The notes beneath the pieces are model-generated. The model worked only from the letters and a program-made list of their open reading frames with translations. It did not search any database and had not been told where the DNA came from. The translations under genes and the position numbers were made by a program. A stretch of DNA of 64,000 nt from Camelus dromedarius (taxonomy: Eukaryota). Below, in pieces: positions 25,201 through 39,538 of this stretch. Each line of letters begins with the position of its first letter. Position 1 is the first letter of the stretch. The stretch spans positions 33,544,001 to 33,608,000 of the forward strand of contig NC_087436.1 in assembly GCF_036321535.1 (NCBI RefSeq), given 5' to 3'.

Positions 25201-27289
25201 GTAATAAGCAAGAAACAAAAAGAAATATGAAATAAGTAGGAGTCAAGGAAGGATCAGGCAGATGTAGAGAGAGGCTAAAGCTAAATGCACTGTGTGGAGG
25301 CCACATAATAGACCTTTAGGAAATGAAAAAAACAAAATAATTACCTGTGTGGCCTTTTCCACTGTTCCCTGGACTTTTGATTTATTCTTTAAAACTTGCC
25401 ATTTGGAGTTTCTGTATCTCCACCTTTTTTTCATTTACAGGAGGCCAAAAAATCCATAAAGCATAGTAAATACTAATTTTGCTGTCATACAAAGATGCAT
25501 TTTATGTGCCTAAATGTGAGGGAGAAGGCTACTTGGCTGATGGGTGAACATAGATGATGACTCAGCTACGTTGATGTCTAATTCAAGTGCATATACAGTA
25601 AAATTTACACAGAATTATGGGCTTAACTTGGACACATAGTTCATGAGAGACTTGTTTCAAATACTCAGATTTATTTCAATGACTCAAATATTATCTTTCA
25701 AAAATTAAAAATATGAAGCATTTACATTTGTCTTTTCATCATACTTTATCAAATTTTATAAGGAAATTTATAGATTTAGAAGATATTTGTAAATTTTGGA
25801 ATTAATTATGAAAAAATAAGTGAAAATTGAGGGTCTAATACATTAATACTGTTCTTGAGAAAGTATTATTCTTCACAAATTGAATTCACCTTTGACATTC
25901 TCCTGAAAATACATAGGACATTGGATTTCCCAAGTTTCTTCTTGAAAACTGTAGGGCAAAATATAACTGGAAGAAATTGCTCAGACTCTTGCAATGTATG
26001 TTAAAGCAAATATATATTTCATAGGATGTATCTTAAGATAATTTAAGTGCAATCATTTTAAAATGAAATGCTTTAAAAGTTCTAGTTGTCTGTTGGACTT
26101 AGATCACAGTAGTCATGATTGGAAAAATACCTCTTAGGTTATCATGTTCATCCTTTTGCTTGGGCAGGATATGCCTCAACCCCAAGAGAGGAGTTAGCAC
26201 TTCTTATTTGCCAAGAACGTATAATACCTTATAGGGTGCATAAGAGAAACCTTGTTAGAGCCAAGTCAATATAGTGTTTGACTTCTATCCAGTAAATCCC
26301 TCAAAAAAAAAAAAAAAGTGCTTCTGTCATTCCAGCTACATGCATCCTGGCAGTCACATTCTGTTCTGGTTGGAGCAGATGCAAAATCTTATCAAGAAAA
26401 CTATCCAATATGGATATATTGCCATGCTATTTAAGGAAAGAAAAGTAGAAAAAAAAATCTTAAAGAGAATTAGACTGAACACGTTCCTAAAACAGTATGT
26501 TCGAGGTACAAAAAATGTTAAACCACAAGTGATAAATATTTCTGGAAAAGATGAACTATATACTCCATTTACTAGTTGAACAACTATCACTGCAACTCAC
26601 GCACATGGAAGCATAATAAATCCTACACGATGAAGATGAACAGTAGGAGACGGAAGGCAGTGTTGTGAGTAATATCAGTACAGGCTGTTTAATACTTGGA
26701 GCCGTTTCCAAGCCCAAGGACCTGTTATTCCACAGGTTCTCACCACTTAGTAGTGGATGAGGAAGTCTGTTAGCTCTTTAGGGTCACTGCATTTGTACAT
26801 CTCTGTTCATATGTCCCAAGTCTCCTCTGTTGCTACTCTCTTTTTTCATTCTGTTCCTTAAAATGGGACGGCCCTGTGTAGAATCTGGTCCACCATTGTG
26901 TGTTGTTTGCTACTCACAACTTTTTTTAATAATTACTTGTCAGTATTCAAAAAAATTATATGAACATCCAGAGTTTGAGCTTTCCATGATACATTGTTTA
27001 ATACTAAAAAACTGGTTAGAATTGACTGACAGCACCTCCTGAAAGGCATTCGTTCTGAGGCCACTACAGCCTCCGTCACCTTCTTTGAACCCTGACCTTG
27101 AGTCACAATGTTTCTGGCCACTTACCTCTTTATGCCATTATTATTATTATTATTTGTATATTTGTATATCTGGACTCTTTTATTAATTTATACCATCTGA
27201 TTGGCCACAGAAGAAACTTGAGTTTGAAAATTTCATTTCCTAGTTTGTATTCCTTCAAGATTCTATTCAAGAACCTTTTCCCTTTTTAC

Positions 27290-28355
27290 TCTGTGTCATC
27301 TCTCTGGGTGAGATTAACGACTTGTGTGTCCAAGTTACCAGTTGTATGTTGAAATTCCACAATATCCTCTGTGTGGAACTCACTCTTAAGTTCTAGATGG
27401 CGTATCTATTTTCCAGTTGGGCACTTTTATTTTATAGCATATAGGAAGGTTATATTCAATATGCGTAAGCTTAATCTCACTTTTCTTCTCTCAATGAGCT
27501 GGTCCTTTTTTATGATCTCCTAGTGCAGCATAGCCAAACGCCCAGAGTCCCACTCACAGCCTTCAGAGACATCCATGGTTTTCTTCCTTTCATAATGCTC
27601 CACATAGGCCTTAAAATTTTACATCCTATAAGTCTCTTTCAGTCTGTTTATGTCTTTCTGTCTTCACTCCCGCCCCTCTAAACCGCGCTGAGAGCGTATC
27701 TTCAGTCAATGCTAATATTTGGTATCCTCTGAATAACAAAACAGGCTTCAAACTGGTATCCTCACCTCAAGCTGTGTTTTTCTTCAACTAGTGCCCAACA
27801 TTAGCCAGAGTGTTCTTTCAAATAAACAACTCTGTCCCTGTAAGTGCCCTATGTAAAATACTATAATGTTTTCCTCATTCTCTTCGAATAAAATCAAAAC
27901 TCCTATCCATATCTTACCCAGGTCCAGACGACCTGGACTGGCTGAACTCTTCTATGTTCATCTTCTTCCCTTAATACCCCTTACTCAGGGTAGTAATCCG
28001 CATTTATGTTCCTGCAGTGCACTAAAAATTTCACTTTGGGCATTCATTTCTAATATTTCCAGTTTGGAATCCTGTCCCCTTGTCACATAAATAATTCCTA
28101 ATTCTCATCACTAAGGTCATAAATACTATTTTCTTAGTGAAGTCTTCACTGATTCTTCTAGCCTATGACATAAGCTCTTGTCATCTCCAGACCTGATCCA
28201 TCTAGCATAGTTCATAGCACTCTCCTGTTTGTATTCAGCTGTCTATAATTCCAGTTAGAATGCAGGAGCAGGCTGTTTTATTAATCACTTATCTCTAGCA
28301 TCTACCACAGAAGTTGACATGTATTGGTCATTCAGGAAATACTTGTATAAATGAG
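27290..28355 (+). mobile_element. L2 LINE 3' fragment
   Basis: Pyrimidine-rich L2 body ('agccagagtgttctttcaaata', 'aataaaatcaaaactcct') ending 'ggtcattcaggaaatacttgtataaatga'. Confidence 0.65.
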
Positions 28356-28787
28356 GTTGTGAATAAGGAAATGCTCATGCATTGCAGCAATAAGGTCTCT
28401 AGTTGAAACCATAAGCACTCATTTTTCTTAAGGTTTGATGTTTGCAAAAATAAGGTCTAATTATTTTCATCCTATGACCCCAATTTTCATTAAAAGCAGG
28501 AATAAAAAGCAATTCCTTTTTTGAGGGATCTCAGACAAAATTATTGTATTGTTGTATTTACAGCAAGATGTAGGGATTTTTTTCTTAGTAAGAATAATGA
28601 GAATAATATAACATTGATATAGGAAGGTCATGACACTGAAAATTAGTTTATACTTTGCTTCCAACTTTTATTTAACTTCAGCAATTTACTGTTCATCTTC
28701 TGTTTACTTCTTTTCCACAAGTTAGCTTGATTGGTAAATTTGCCTGCTACTGAGTCCTAAAAGTAATCTTCTGCCAAAACATATGCG

Positions 28788-28835
28788 AATGCTGTACACC
28801 AGAAATTGACACAACACTGTAAACTGATCAATAAA
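28788..28835 (+). mobile_element. Very short lineage-specific L1 3' tail
   Basis: 'tgctgtacaccagaaattgacacaacactgtaaactga' is the reverse complement of the L1 ends seen at 5146 and 31350. Confidence 0.8.
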
Positions 28836-31349
28836 TATATACATATATGTTTAAAAAATGCCCTCTGGCTGAATGAGAAGATTTAAACTATAATGTGGAA
28901 TGGCCTATGACTAGCAGCTGCTATGAGGACACGTCCCTCCTCCAAGATTATCTACCATCAAATCACAGAACACAAAAGGCATATAGATTGTAACCATGGC
29001 TAAAATTGTATTGCCATCACAGCCATAACAGTTGCTAAGAATACTAAAGAAGTATGAAATAATCCACAGTAGTCATCAGCAGCTGGGATCAAAAGTCCAC
29101 AAGCGTTAAGAAACATTCAGAGTCTTACTTGGAGTCCTTGCTACTAGTCAGCAGAGTTATGGAGAAGCTAAGGGTTTATTATACGAACTACTCTCTGTGG
29201 TACAGAAGATGGAAAAAAGAGTCAGTTGTCTGAAAAACTACGGAGTTAAAGCATTATATTGCACAAATGTTCTCATAAAAATTAAGGTATCTTTGAAGTT
29301 GGTAAGAATGAGAAGCCCTGACAATACTCATTGTTAAGAAAATGACACTTGTATAACTCTGTTTTTGAGTCATGAAATACTTACCCTTCTCAAAACTATA
29401 AAAATATGCATACACCAGTCTCCTCAATTTAAAATCTAGGCATTATTCCCATGGATGTGTGCAAAGCTTTTCCTATAGAAAATCTGATGCACTTCTACAA
29501 CAGCAAATTAAGCAAAATAAGTCAAAAAGGAACAAACAATATTTATAGCCTAGTGACCAAATGGTAGGGTATATTGAGTTTACTAATGTTGGACACAGGG
29601 AGAGACAAATGAATACATGCATGGGCAGATAAAAAAAATAGGTATCAAAATGTGTGCAGGATTATGCTCTCAAGATTAGGTGGTGATTTCTGCGTGGTGG
29701 GTGTTTAGATTTTTACTTTATAAATTAATTTTTCACCTTTGTGCCCCACCTCATACTGACAGCACCCAAAATCACGTAACGTAATCTTGGTTTTTCATGA
29801 GATAATCTGCGGAGCTGAAACATAACTGTAATGACTTCCAATCCAGTGTAGATTTAACCAGACATAAATTATTTATTTCACTGAAAAAGTTATGAGATAA
29901 TTTTTATTATTTTCTCACTTTCATTATAAAAGTTGTATTTCTGTAATCTCGTACATTTATTCACAGGAATCATTGTTGAAGACCCAACAAGGCACTGTTC
30001 TAGATTAAGAGGATTTTCATTGATGAACAAAAAAGAAAATTCTTGCCTTGATGAAGTTTATATTCTAGTAAGTCTCTAATACTTGAAACAACAACAAGAT
30101 TTAGGTACAGTTATCACCAACAATGGAAACAAAGTATATGAAATTAAAGGCCCCGACCATACCTATTTAAAATAGCCCTGAAAACACGAGGTGATGTGGT
30201 AAATTCAAAATATGATAATATGCAGAATATAATTCAAAAAAGATTATCTCATTATAGCTTTTACAGTCTAAATTGAAAATATTTTATTCCTATCATGTGT
30301 TGAGTAAATATTTGTTGAATGCTTAACTGAATAGGTGGAAGATACACTGATACATTTTTCTACTGGTGTAGATACAGTGCTTCACCTCAATCAGTCTGTT
30401 TCATCATCTGGAAATTAGTTAGAATGCCTATCTCGTACATTTTTTTCTTAAAAGTTATCTAAGATAATGTGAGTAGAGGTTCTAGTACAGTTGCCGTCCA
30501 TAAATATTAATTCCTTTACTTCATTGTATACTTCCCTTTCCTTTAAAGAACAACAAAAATTTAGTAATAGAATAGTGAAGTATGGAAATCAAGGATGAAA
30601 TGGGAATGAGATTTTTATATACTCACTATAAAGCTTCTGACTGATAACTTCCAAGAGCATTAAATCATTTCACCTCATCCTGAGAGTTGCTGTTAATCTT
30701 CAGGGCATGTTAGAATCTCATTGTGAAACTTGGCTCCAAGTGCACTGGTTGCCCTAAAAATAAACTTGATATTACATTTCTATATATAATTGGCTCTAAA
30801 GTTTGGCTGGAGTTTCAAATAGTACAGGAAAAGAGGAGTCTAAGACTGCCAGTGAGATCATATCCATAGGCTGAGGAATCCTGTTACCATTTCCATCTGT
30901 GACCTTGGTTTCCATTTCATACTGAAGGTCCTGTGTGGCAAGCAGTAGAAAGGTAGAGACAATATAATGTTTAGATGTACTGAATATTGCAGCTATACCT
31001 GAAAAGTGTCTGAACACACAAGAACGTTATAGACCTTGGTGAACCTGTTTAGCTCTTCATATATATAAACAAATATCTGCCACATACCAACATTAAAAAG
31101 AGCATGGAATGGAGTATCACAAGATTTTAAAACACTTTATGTGTATGTGCGTGGAGACATAATTTATCAAGTTAACTACTAGCGTGATGCATTGTGCTTC
31201 ACTTGACACACAGGCATGTAATAAATATTGTAGAAGGACAGACGGAAGGGAGGGAAGGAGGGAGGAATGAAGGAAGGAATGGGAAGAAGAAAGTTTAGTT
31301 TTTTTCAAGAAGAGTTTGATTTTTTAGAAATTTTTATCTTTTGCATTTT

Positions 31350-31435
31350 CATTTTACCTTTTAATGGAAGTATAATCAGTTTACAATGTTGTGTCAATTT
31401 CTGGTGTACAACATAATAGTCCAGTTATACATATG
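31350..31435 (-). mobile_element. Short lineage-specific L1 3' tail
   Basis: 'gaagtataatcagtttacaatgttgtgtcaatttctggtgtacaacata'. Confidence 0.8.
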
Positions 31436-31974
31436 TGTAAGTCTTCCGTATAGCGAGCAATAAAAATATTTAGGTTTTTGCCTACCTGTATAATTCTGTG
31501 CACTCCTGATTAGAATTGAAAACATTTAAAGTTGATTATACTTCGCTAATATATTATTTAAGAATTCAGAGGAATGCAAACTTAAGACCCAAATTCTGTT
31601 TTGTGAGTCTACAGAAATAACCAGAAGCTCTTATCCCAAGGTCATAAATACTAACTCACCTGAAAATGTTAATGTCTTAATATTATTTGTGTCTAAGTTC
31701 TTGCCATTTTCCAATGGTCTTTTAGTTAATTATATTATAATTATAGTTAAAAGTTTACATTGGTACCTTTGTATAAATCCACATGGTTATCATGAATCCT
31801 TTAGGGTGCAGAATTCAGTAGATGATCTTGTCTTTAAAACCTCTGTGACATCTCAGTAACTAAAATAATATTTTTCAGCAAATTCTATTTTAATTAAATT
31901 CTGTTAGTAAATTGACAATATGACTTCATAAATGATTATTATAATCTACTCCAGGACGGTATAAAGTATTTTAT

Positions 31975-32520
31975 CAATCAGGTTGTCAGCTGAAAGCAAG
32001 AATATTTGCTTGGTCTCTTTAAACAGAAAAGGAATTTACCATAGAATATCTGAGCAGTTTACAGAATTGTTGAATTTTCTAGAGAGCTGGTTTAAGGGCA
32101 AACTTATAGGAAACATGCCATAAAACACCACTGCTGATCCAGTTTGAGGAAAACACTGTCCTGCTGCTACGCAGCAGGCAAGCTCCAGGGGAGACGCAGC
32201 CGTGGCCTCCCCGTGGATACCGTCTCTGCAAGGCAGGAGACTTTGCAAACTCTGAGACCCATTAATGTCTGGGCTTCTGCTGCCACTGTAACCAGGCAAA
32301 TGGATTAGGTCCTGTGTTTAATTCCCTCAATTACTTAAGAATTTAAAGATCCTAACAAGTAAGCCTGCTTGTTGTGTGTGAACTCACCTACCTGGGAACT
32401 GGCTGGAAAGGAGGGGGATAAGTTTCTGATTTACTTTGAGCAAATGGGATCGTGAACCTAAGAATTCTTCAAATAAGGTTAGGATCTGTCAGCATGTTGG
32501 GCAACCAGGAAATATGGTAA
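31975..32520. mobile_element. Probable ancient MaLR (MLT1-type) LTR
   Basis: 'ttaaacagaaaaggaatttaccatagaatatctgagcagtttacagaat' resembles old MLT1 LTR ends. GC-richer than its flanks. Confidence 0.4.
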
Positions 32521-32959
32521 GTGATTTTTCTATAAATATTAGTATTTCCAGCTAGTATGTATTTTGATAATATAGATTTTAAGCAGGAATTTGATTAAGA
32601 TGTGCCTTATATTTATAGTAGAAATTTACATTTTTGTCATATTTGGCAAAATCTAGGGCAAAAGGATCCTAAATTCTTTTTTAAATTCAGAGTGATTTGA
32701 TGATTGATTTATCAAGGAAGATGATAACCTCATAGTCTACCACTTAAAATTCAGCACAAAATTGACCTACGCAATCATTATGATACTAAATCAAGAAGTA
32801 AAATAGTATATAAGGGAAAAGATAATAAATTAATCAAGAAATCAAATGTTATATACTAGAGTCTTTTGACAAATATTAACAGTACATTTAATTAAGATTA
32901 GAAAAATAAGGTCCAGTTGAAGAGTTACTACTTGAGATTATAAACAAAGTAAAGGATAG

Positions 32960-34135
32960 TCAATTGACTTTCAAGTAAGCCAAAAAAATTCAATGAGAGA
33001 AGAATAATAGGTCTTTTCAACAAATGATTCTAGGAAAACTGGACATCCACATGCAAAAGAAGTGAGACTCTTGCTTATGCTATACATAAAAATTTAACTC
33101 CAAACTGATTTTAGACCAACATGTAAGAACTGAAAATATGAAACAGTTAAAAGAAAGCATAGGAGTAAATCTTTGTGAACTTGCGTTAGACAAAGCCTTG
33201 TTAGATATAGCACCTAAAGCATAAGCAAGGAAATAAAAATAGATGAATTGGAATTCAACAAAATTAAAAACATGTATGCTTTAAAAGACAAGAAAGTGAA
33301 GACAATTCAGAATGTGAGAGAATGCTGAAAAAATTTTTGATAAGGGACTTGTATCCATATTATTTAAATAACTCTTACAATACAATAATAAAAAGACAAA
33401 TAATCCAGTTTTTTAAAGTACATAAAATAGAAACAGACATTTCTCCAAAGAATATATACAAATGTCCAAAAAGCACCTGAAAGGAAGCACAAGTTCATTA
33501 CTCACTTGAATGCAACTCAAACCCACCATGAAACACTATTTCACACTTACTAGATTGGCTACAACAAAAAGACAGATAGTACCAAGTGTTTGTAAGAACT
33601 GGAGGAATTGGAGCTGTCATACATGGCAGATGAGAATATAACATGGTGCAGCCACTTTGGAGGATAGTTTGGCAGTTCCTCAAAATGTTAAACATAGAAT
33701 CACCATGTGATCCAGCAAGTCCACTTCTAGGTGTTTACCCAAGAAAACTGAAAAGACATGTCCACAGAGAAACTTGTGCACAGATGTTCATATCAGCATT
33801 ATTTCTGAAAATAGCCAAGTTAGCTATTGACATTCAAATGTCAATCAGCTGAGGAGTATATAAATGAAATGTCGTATATGCATACAATGAAATATTCACC
33901 AATTAAAATGAAGTACTTATATACTCTCCAAAACAAATGAAGTTTGAAAACATGTTAAGTCAAAGAATCCAGTCACAAAGGACTATATAGTGTACAATTA
34001 CATTTATATGAAATGTCTAGATTAGGAGACAGAAAGTAGAGTTTGCATAACTTTTGAAAATCCTAAAAACCACTGAATTGTACATTTTAATGAGTGAATT
34101 TTATGGCATGTGAATTACATCTCAATAAGGCTTTA
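32960..34135 (+). mobile_element. L1MB-like ORF2 C-terminus and 3'UTR
   Basis: ORF 33643..33852 MVQPLWRIVWQFLKMLNIESPCDPASPLLGVYP is L1 ORF2. The element ends 'tgtgaattacatctcaataag'. Confidence 0.9.
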
Positions 34136-34542
34136 AAAGTAAGTGGTATACTTATTTTTTTTCTTTCAAAATATAAAACTTGGATATGACTCTGGGCATT
34201 TTTCTTAAATATTCTGTTAGTCAGAATATTTGTGGAGAAATGCCAGAGAAAATCATGTTATTTATTCAGACATTCCTTATTTCAAGTGTATAAAATGTCA
34301 TCAAGTACAAATAAATAGCAGTAATAGTATACCTGAAGCCATGTTTTAATTTCCAAGGAGTGGAAAACACTAAGGAGATTACTGTACTCAGCTTCTGCCA
34401 ACAGTTTAAAGTACTTATAGCAGAAACTGTACCAGAAAAGTGACCAAATATAGTAAAAGCTAAAAAAAAAGTTATACAAATATTGCTTTTCCCATCAAAA
34501 ACCTATTGCATCTAAACAAATGTGGAAAGTTTTAAAACCTTT

Positions 34543-34915
34543 AAATGTGGTATCTATATATGCAGTGGAATATTATTTTGCCATTAAAAAGAATAAAATC
34601 TTGCCATTTGTGACAATGTGGATGGACCTACATGTTATTTATGCTGAGTAAAGTCTGACAGAGAAAGACAAATACTATACGATTTCACTTACACATAGAA
34701 TCTAAAAAACAAAAATGAACAAACATTGTAAAAGAGAAATAGTTTTACATACTGAGAACAAACAGGTGGTCACCAGAAGGGAGGGGCAGTTGGGGAGGAA
34801 AGAAGTAGGTGAGGGAGATTAAGAGGTACAAACTTCCAGTTGCAAAATAAATGTCATGAGTATTAAATGTACACTGTGGGGAATATAGTCAATATCTGTA
34901 ACAACAAAAAAAAAT
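34543..34915 (+). mobile_element. L1 3' end (ORF2 last codons and 3'UTR)
   Basis: 'aaaatcttgccatttgtgacaatgtggatggaccta' and 'acagagaaagacaaatactatacgatttcacttac', ending in an A-rich run. Confidence 0.85.
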
Positions 34916-36869
34916 GGTAAGCTTTACTAGTAATTTATGCTAGAACCTTGCTTTTACACATTACAAAAGCAGTAACACTCAAAATGTTCCCTCAATATTT
35001 TAATTATTTATTTTACAACAAATAAAATTGTTGACCCCATAAAAGTGTTTCCGTAACTGGAATCAATAGTTCCCAAGAACTTTTAAAACACCTTATGATA
35101 TTATTAACAAAATCTGCAAACATTCATATTAAGCACTAGTATATCTGTGAAAATGTCTTTCTAGGAATCATTAGCTTCCAGAAATGTTAAGTAAGGATTT
35201 AAATAGCTGATATGGATACATTTGTGAGAAATTTTGCAACAACAGTGGCACCCCTGATAAGCAATCACCCATTCTAATTTGGTCCATGAACTGTTAAAGC
35301 TACTTCATTACCTTTACCATTCTGCTTCATGAACCTAAATAACATAAACCTACTTGCTGAGTTGCCAACAATAAATCAAGGGCATATGCTGTGAATGAAT
35401 ACACCACATGCACAACAGTGTGAGCATATTCCCACAAGGTCTCTAAAGAAAGCGTATATTGCATATGCTGCCTAGAGTGTCTCACTGTGTTAGAAAATGT
35501 ATAGCTTGTTTTGCTTTAATATCATGAAACTATTACATAAGACAGTTACAGTTAAATTAAGACAAGGCATTTTTACACCTACTGTTTTCATTGTACAGTG
35601 GCAAGGGCAGAATTAATATTTTCAAAATATAAGGATATTACACCATTAGTTAAGAACAAATAACCAAGTAATTCATGTTATTTATAGTGGCTTACATATA
35701 CTATAATGTTTTACATTCTTTTATATAGTAAGGAGGATTCTATTATAATACAGATTCATACAATTAACACCTATAGAGATTTTAACCTATTAGTTGAACA
35801 TAATCTATTAGTAACAACTAAATATACCATACACGAGACATTCTTCAGAATAGACTACATACTAGGCATTTCAGTATCTTTGAAATAGTCAAATTAATTA
35901 TACAAGCACATAAAATATGTCCTCTTACCCATATATGAACATCAGAAAGAAATCTAGGAAATCCCCAAATATTTGAAAATATAGAGCATAATACTAAACA
36001 ACTCATGATTCACAGAGTATGTCTCCAAATGAAACTGAACAATACTTTGGAATGAATAAAAATGTAAGCGCCACATTTCGAAATTTATGGAACTAAAGCA
36101 ATATTTAGAGGAAAACTAATACTTCTAAATGCCTATATTAGAAGTATCTCATCCATATTAAGAAATTAGAGAAAAAGAAGAGTAAACTAAATCCAAAATA
36201 AGCAGAAGAAAGAAAATTATAACAATTAGAGCAGTAATTGCTGAAATAGAAAAGACAGAAACAATAGAAAAAATAAATAAAACCAACATGAGCTTTTTGT
36301 AAAGATGAACAAAACTGACAAACCTTTAGTCTGACTGACCAAGAAAGAAAAATGTGTTATACAAATTACAAAAATCAAGAATGAGAGAGGGTACATCACT
36401 ACTGACCCTACAGAAGTTAAAGGATTGTATGGACAACTAATTAGCAAATTTAATAAAGTGGGAACATTTCTAGAAAGATTAAAAACTACCAAACCTGATT
36501 CAAGAAGAATATAAAAATTTGAATAGGTAATTAACCAGTAAGAAAACTGAATTAGTAACAAAAACTATATCCAGAAGGAACTATGTAAAACGCACACCTA
36601 AGACCACACTTAATGGTGAAAAAGAAAAGTTCTCTATCTCTTAAGAAAGGGAATGAAACAAGGATGTCCATTGTGCCCATTCTATTTAATATAATGCTAG
36701 AAGTTCTAAGCAATACAATAAGTTGCATGCACGTGTAAGAAGTAGGGCAGGAGAGAAAGAAAGAGAGATTAAAGGCATCTGGATTAGTAAGAAAAAAGTA
36801 AATCTGTCTTTTTTTTGGGGGGGAATGCAAATTACATGATCTAATAGGCAGATAATTCAAGGAATACAC

Positions 36870-36895
36870 CACACACACACACACACACACACACA
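36870..36895. repeat. (CA)13 microsatellite
   Basis: Direct reading. Confidence 0.95.
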
Positions 36896-37667
36896 TCTTA
36901 GACATACACAAAAATACCTGAAAAATAATAAACTGGTTTACCTCATTAGCAGCATATAAGATCAATATTTTAAAATCATTCATATTTCTAAATCCTAGCA
37001 AGGAATAATCTGAAAATGAAATTAAAAATATTCCACTCACAGTAGTATCAAAAAGGATATAAATACCTAGAAATATGTTTAACAAAGGAAATGTAAGATT
37101 TTTACACTGCATTCTATGAAATATTTCAGAAAGAAATTAAGATCTAATGGAGATATGGTCTAATTTCATATATTTGAATAATATAGTTGAGATGACAAGT
37201 CTCTGTAGGTCAATCTATTAATTCACTGAAATTCTTACCAAAATTGTAGCAGGCTTATTTTGTAGAAATTTACCAGCTGGTCTTAAAATTTGTATGGAAA
37301 TTAAAAGGGCCTAGAATAGCCAAAACAAGAACAAAGTTGGAGAACTGACTTACTCCTCAATTTCAAAACTTAGTATGAAGCCATGGCATAAACACAGTGT
37401 GGTACTGGCATAGAATAGAAACAGAAACAAATCAAGTAGAATTGAGAATCCAGTAACAAATTTTACATTTATGGTTAATTGATTTCAAAAAAACTCTTCA
37501 AGACAAGGCAGTGGGAAATATTATTTTCAACAAGTGATTCAGGGAAAATTGGATATCCGAATTAAAAAATAATCTAGACCTTTATCCCATAGCATATAGA
37601 AAAAATAGCTAATAGCATGAGCTAAATTAAGAGCTAAAAATTCAAATTTAGATTAAAACATAGGAGA

Positions 37668-38858
37668 GTCTGCGTTTCTCCACACCCTCGCCAGCATTTA
37701 TCATTTATGGACTTTTTCTTAAATTAATTTTATTGCAGGACAGTCTATTACAATGTGTCTATCTCTGGTGTAGAGCACAATATCCAGTCATGCATATACA
37801 TACATATATTGATTTTCATATTTTTTGTATTAAAGGTTATTACAAGATATTGAACATAGTTCCTGGTGCTAGACAAAAGAAACTTTTCTTAAATCTATTT
37901 TTATATATAGTAGATAAGATTTATAACTCTCAAACTCCCAAATTTATCCCTTCCCCCCCCTTCCCCGGTAGACATAAGATTGTTTACCAAGTCTGTGAAT
38001 CTGTTTCTGTTTTGAAGATGAGCTCATAGTGTTCCTTTTTTTGTTTTTTTCAGATACCACATGAGTGATATCACATGGTATTTTTCTTTCTCTTTCTGGC
38101 TTACTTCACTTAGAATGCCAATCTCTAGGTCCATCCCTGTTCCTGTAAATAGCATTATTTTATTATTTTTATGGCTGAGTAGTATTCCATTGTATAAGTA
38201 CACCACAGCTTCTTTATCCAGTCATCTGTCGATGGACATTTAGGTTGGTTCCATGTCTTGGCTATTGTAAATAGTACTGCTGTGAACATTGGGGATTTTG
38301 AATTAAGGAACCCTCTGAATATATGCCTAGGAGTAGGATTGCTGGAACATACGGTAAGTCTATTTTTAGTCTTTTGAGGAATCCCCATACTGTTTGCCAT
38401 AATGGCTGCACCAAACTACATTCCCACCAACAGTGTAGTAGGGTTCCCTTTTGTCCACAACCTCTCCAGTGTTTATCATTTGTGGACTTCTGAATGATGG
38501 CTATTCTGACTGGTGTGAGGTGATACCTCATTGTAGTTTTGATTTGCATTTCTCTGGTAATTAGCAATGTGGAGCATTTTTTCATGTGCCTGTTGACCAT
38601 TTGTATGTCTTCATTGGAGAATTGCTTGTTTATGTCTTCTGTCCATTTTTGGATTAGGTTGTTTTTTGTTATTAAGTTGTATGAGTTGTTTATATATCCT
38701 GGAAATTAAATCTTTGTCAATCACCTCATTTGCTAATATTTTCTCCCATTCCATAGGTTGTCATTTTGTTTTACTTATGTTTTCCTTTGCTGTGCAAAAG
38801 CTTATAAGTTTAATTAGGTCAGATTTGTTTATTTTTGCTTTTATTTCTATTGCTGAGT
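37668..38858 (-). mobile_element. Lineage-specific L1 (ORF2 C-terminus and 3'UTR) with 12-bp TSD, atypical structure
   Basis: ORF 38262..38600 ([13 protein letters not shown]...[15 protein letters not shown]). TSD aaacataggaga at 37656-37667 and 38859-38870. Confidence 0.93.
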
Positions 38859-39453
38859 AAACATAGGAGAAAATTTTCATGAAATTTGGCCAGTCAAGGG
38901 CTCTTAGATACGGTACCAAAAACAAGATTCCTAAGGGAAAAAATAAAATAAATTGACTTTGTCATAATTGGAAACTTCTGTATTTCAAAAGATACCATCA
39001 AGAAAATTAAGACAAGCCATACACTGGGGGAAATACTTGCAAATTACACATCTGATAAAGAATTTGAATTTAGAAAATATGAACAAGACTTGGCATGATA
39101 ATGTGACAAACTGTTAAAAAATGTTCAAGTTATTTAAAGATAGATTTTATTAAAGAAGAAATAAAAATGGCTAATAAGCATAGGAAAAGTTATTCAAAAT
39201 TCTTAGCCATTAGAGAAATGTCAATACCACAATGAGATACTACTTCATCTACTCACTAGAAAACCTATAATAAACATGAACAGTACCAGGTGTTGGTAAG
39301 GCTGTGGAAAAACTGGAACCTTGTACATTGCTGAGGATAATGTTAAATGACACAGCCACTTTAGAAAAATAGTTCAGCAGTTTCTTAAAATGTTAAAATA
39401 TGCTTTCTATACAATCCGGTAATTCCACTCCTAGGAATCTAACCAAGTAAACT

Positions 39454-39516
<63 letters not shown>

Positions 39517-39538
39517 TATATACATATATATATATATA
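39454..39538. repeat. A15 followed by interrupted (TA)n microsatellite
   Basis: Direct reading. Confidence 0.95.

Noticed and set aside
30888..30930. Minus-strand micro-exon reading DLQYEMETKVTDGN (vaguely cadherin-like)
   Set aside because: Only 43 nt, weak donor (gtaaca), no partner coding exons, and similarity too short to support.
36226..37112. Longest ORFs in the track (186 aa and 111 aa, minus strand)
   Set aside because: They are antisense to a decayed L1 ORF2, Phe/Leu/Ile-rich by composition, and run through a (CA)n repeat.
38155..38860. ORFs with clear protein similarity (also 33643, 43929, 44700, 52107)
   Set aside because: They are frameshifted fragments of L1 ORF2 in truncated elements, or antisense shadows of them, not host genes.
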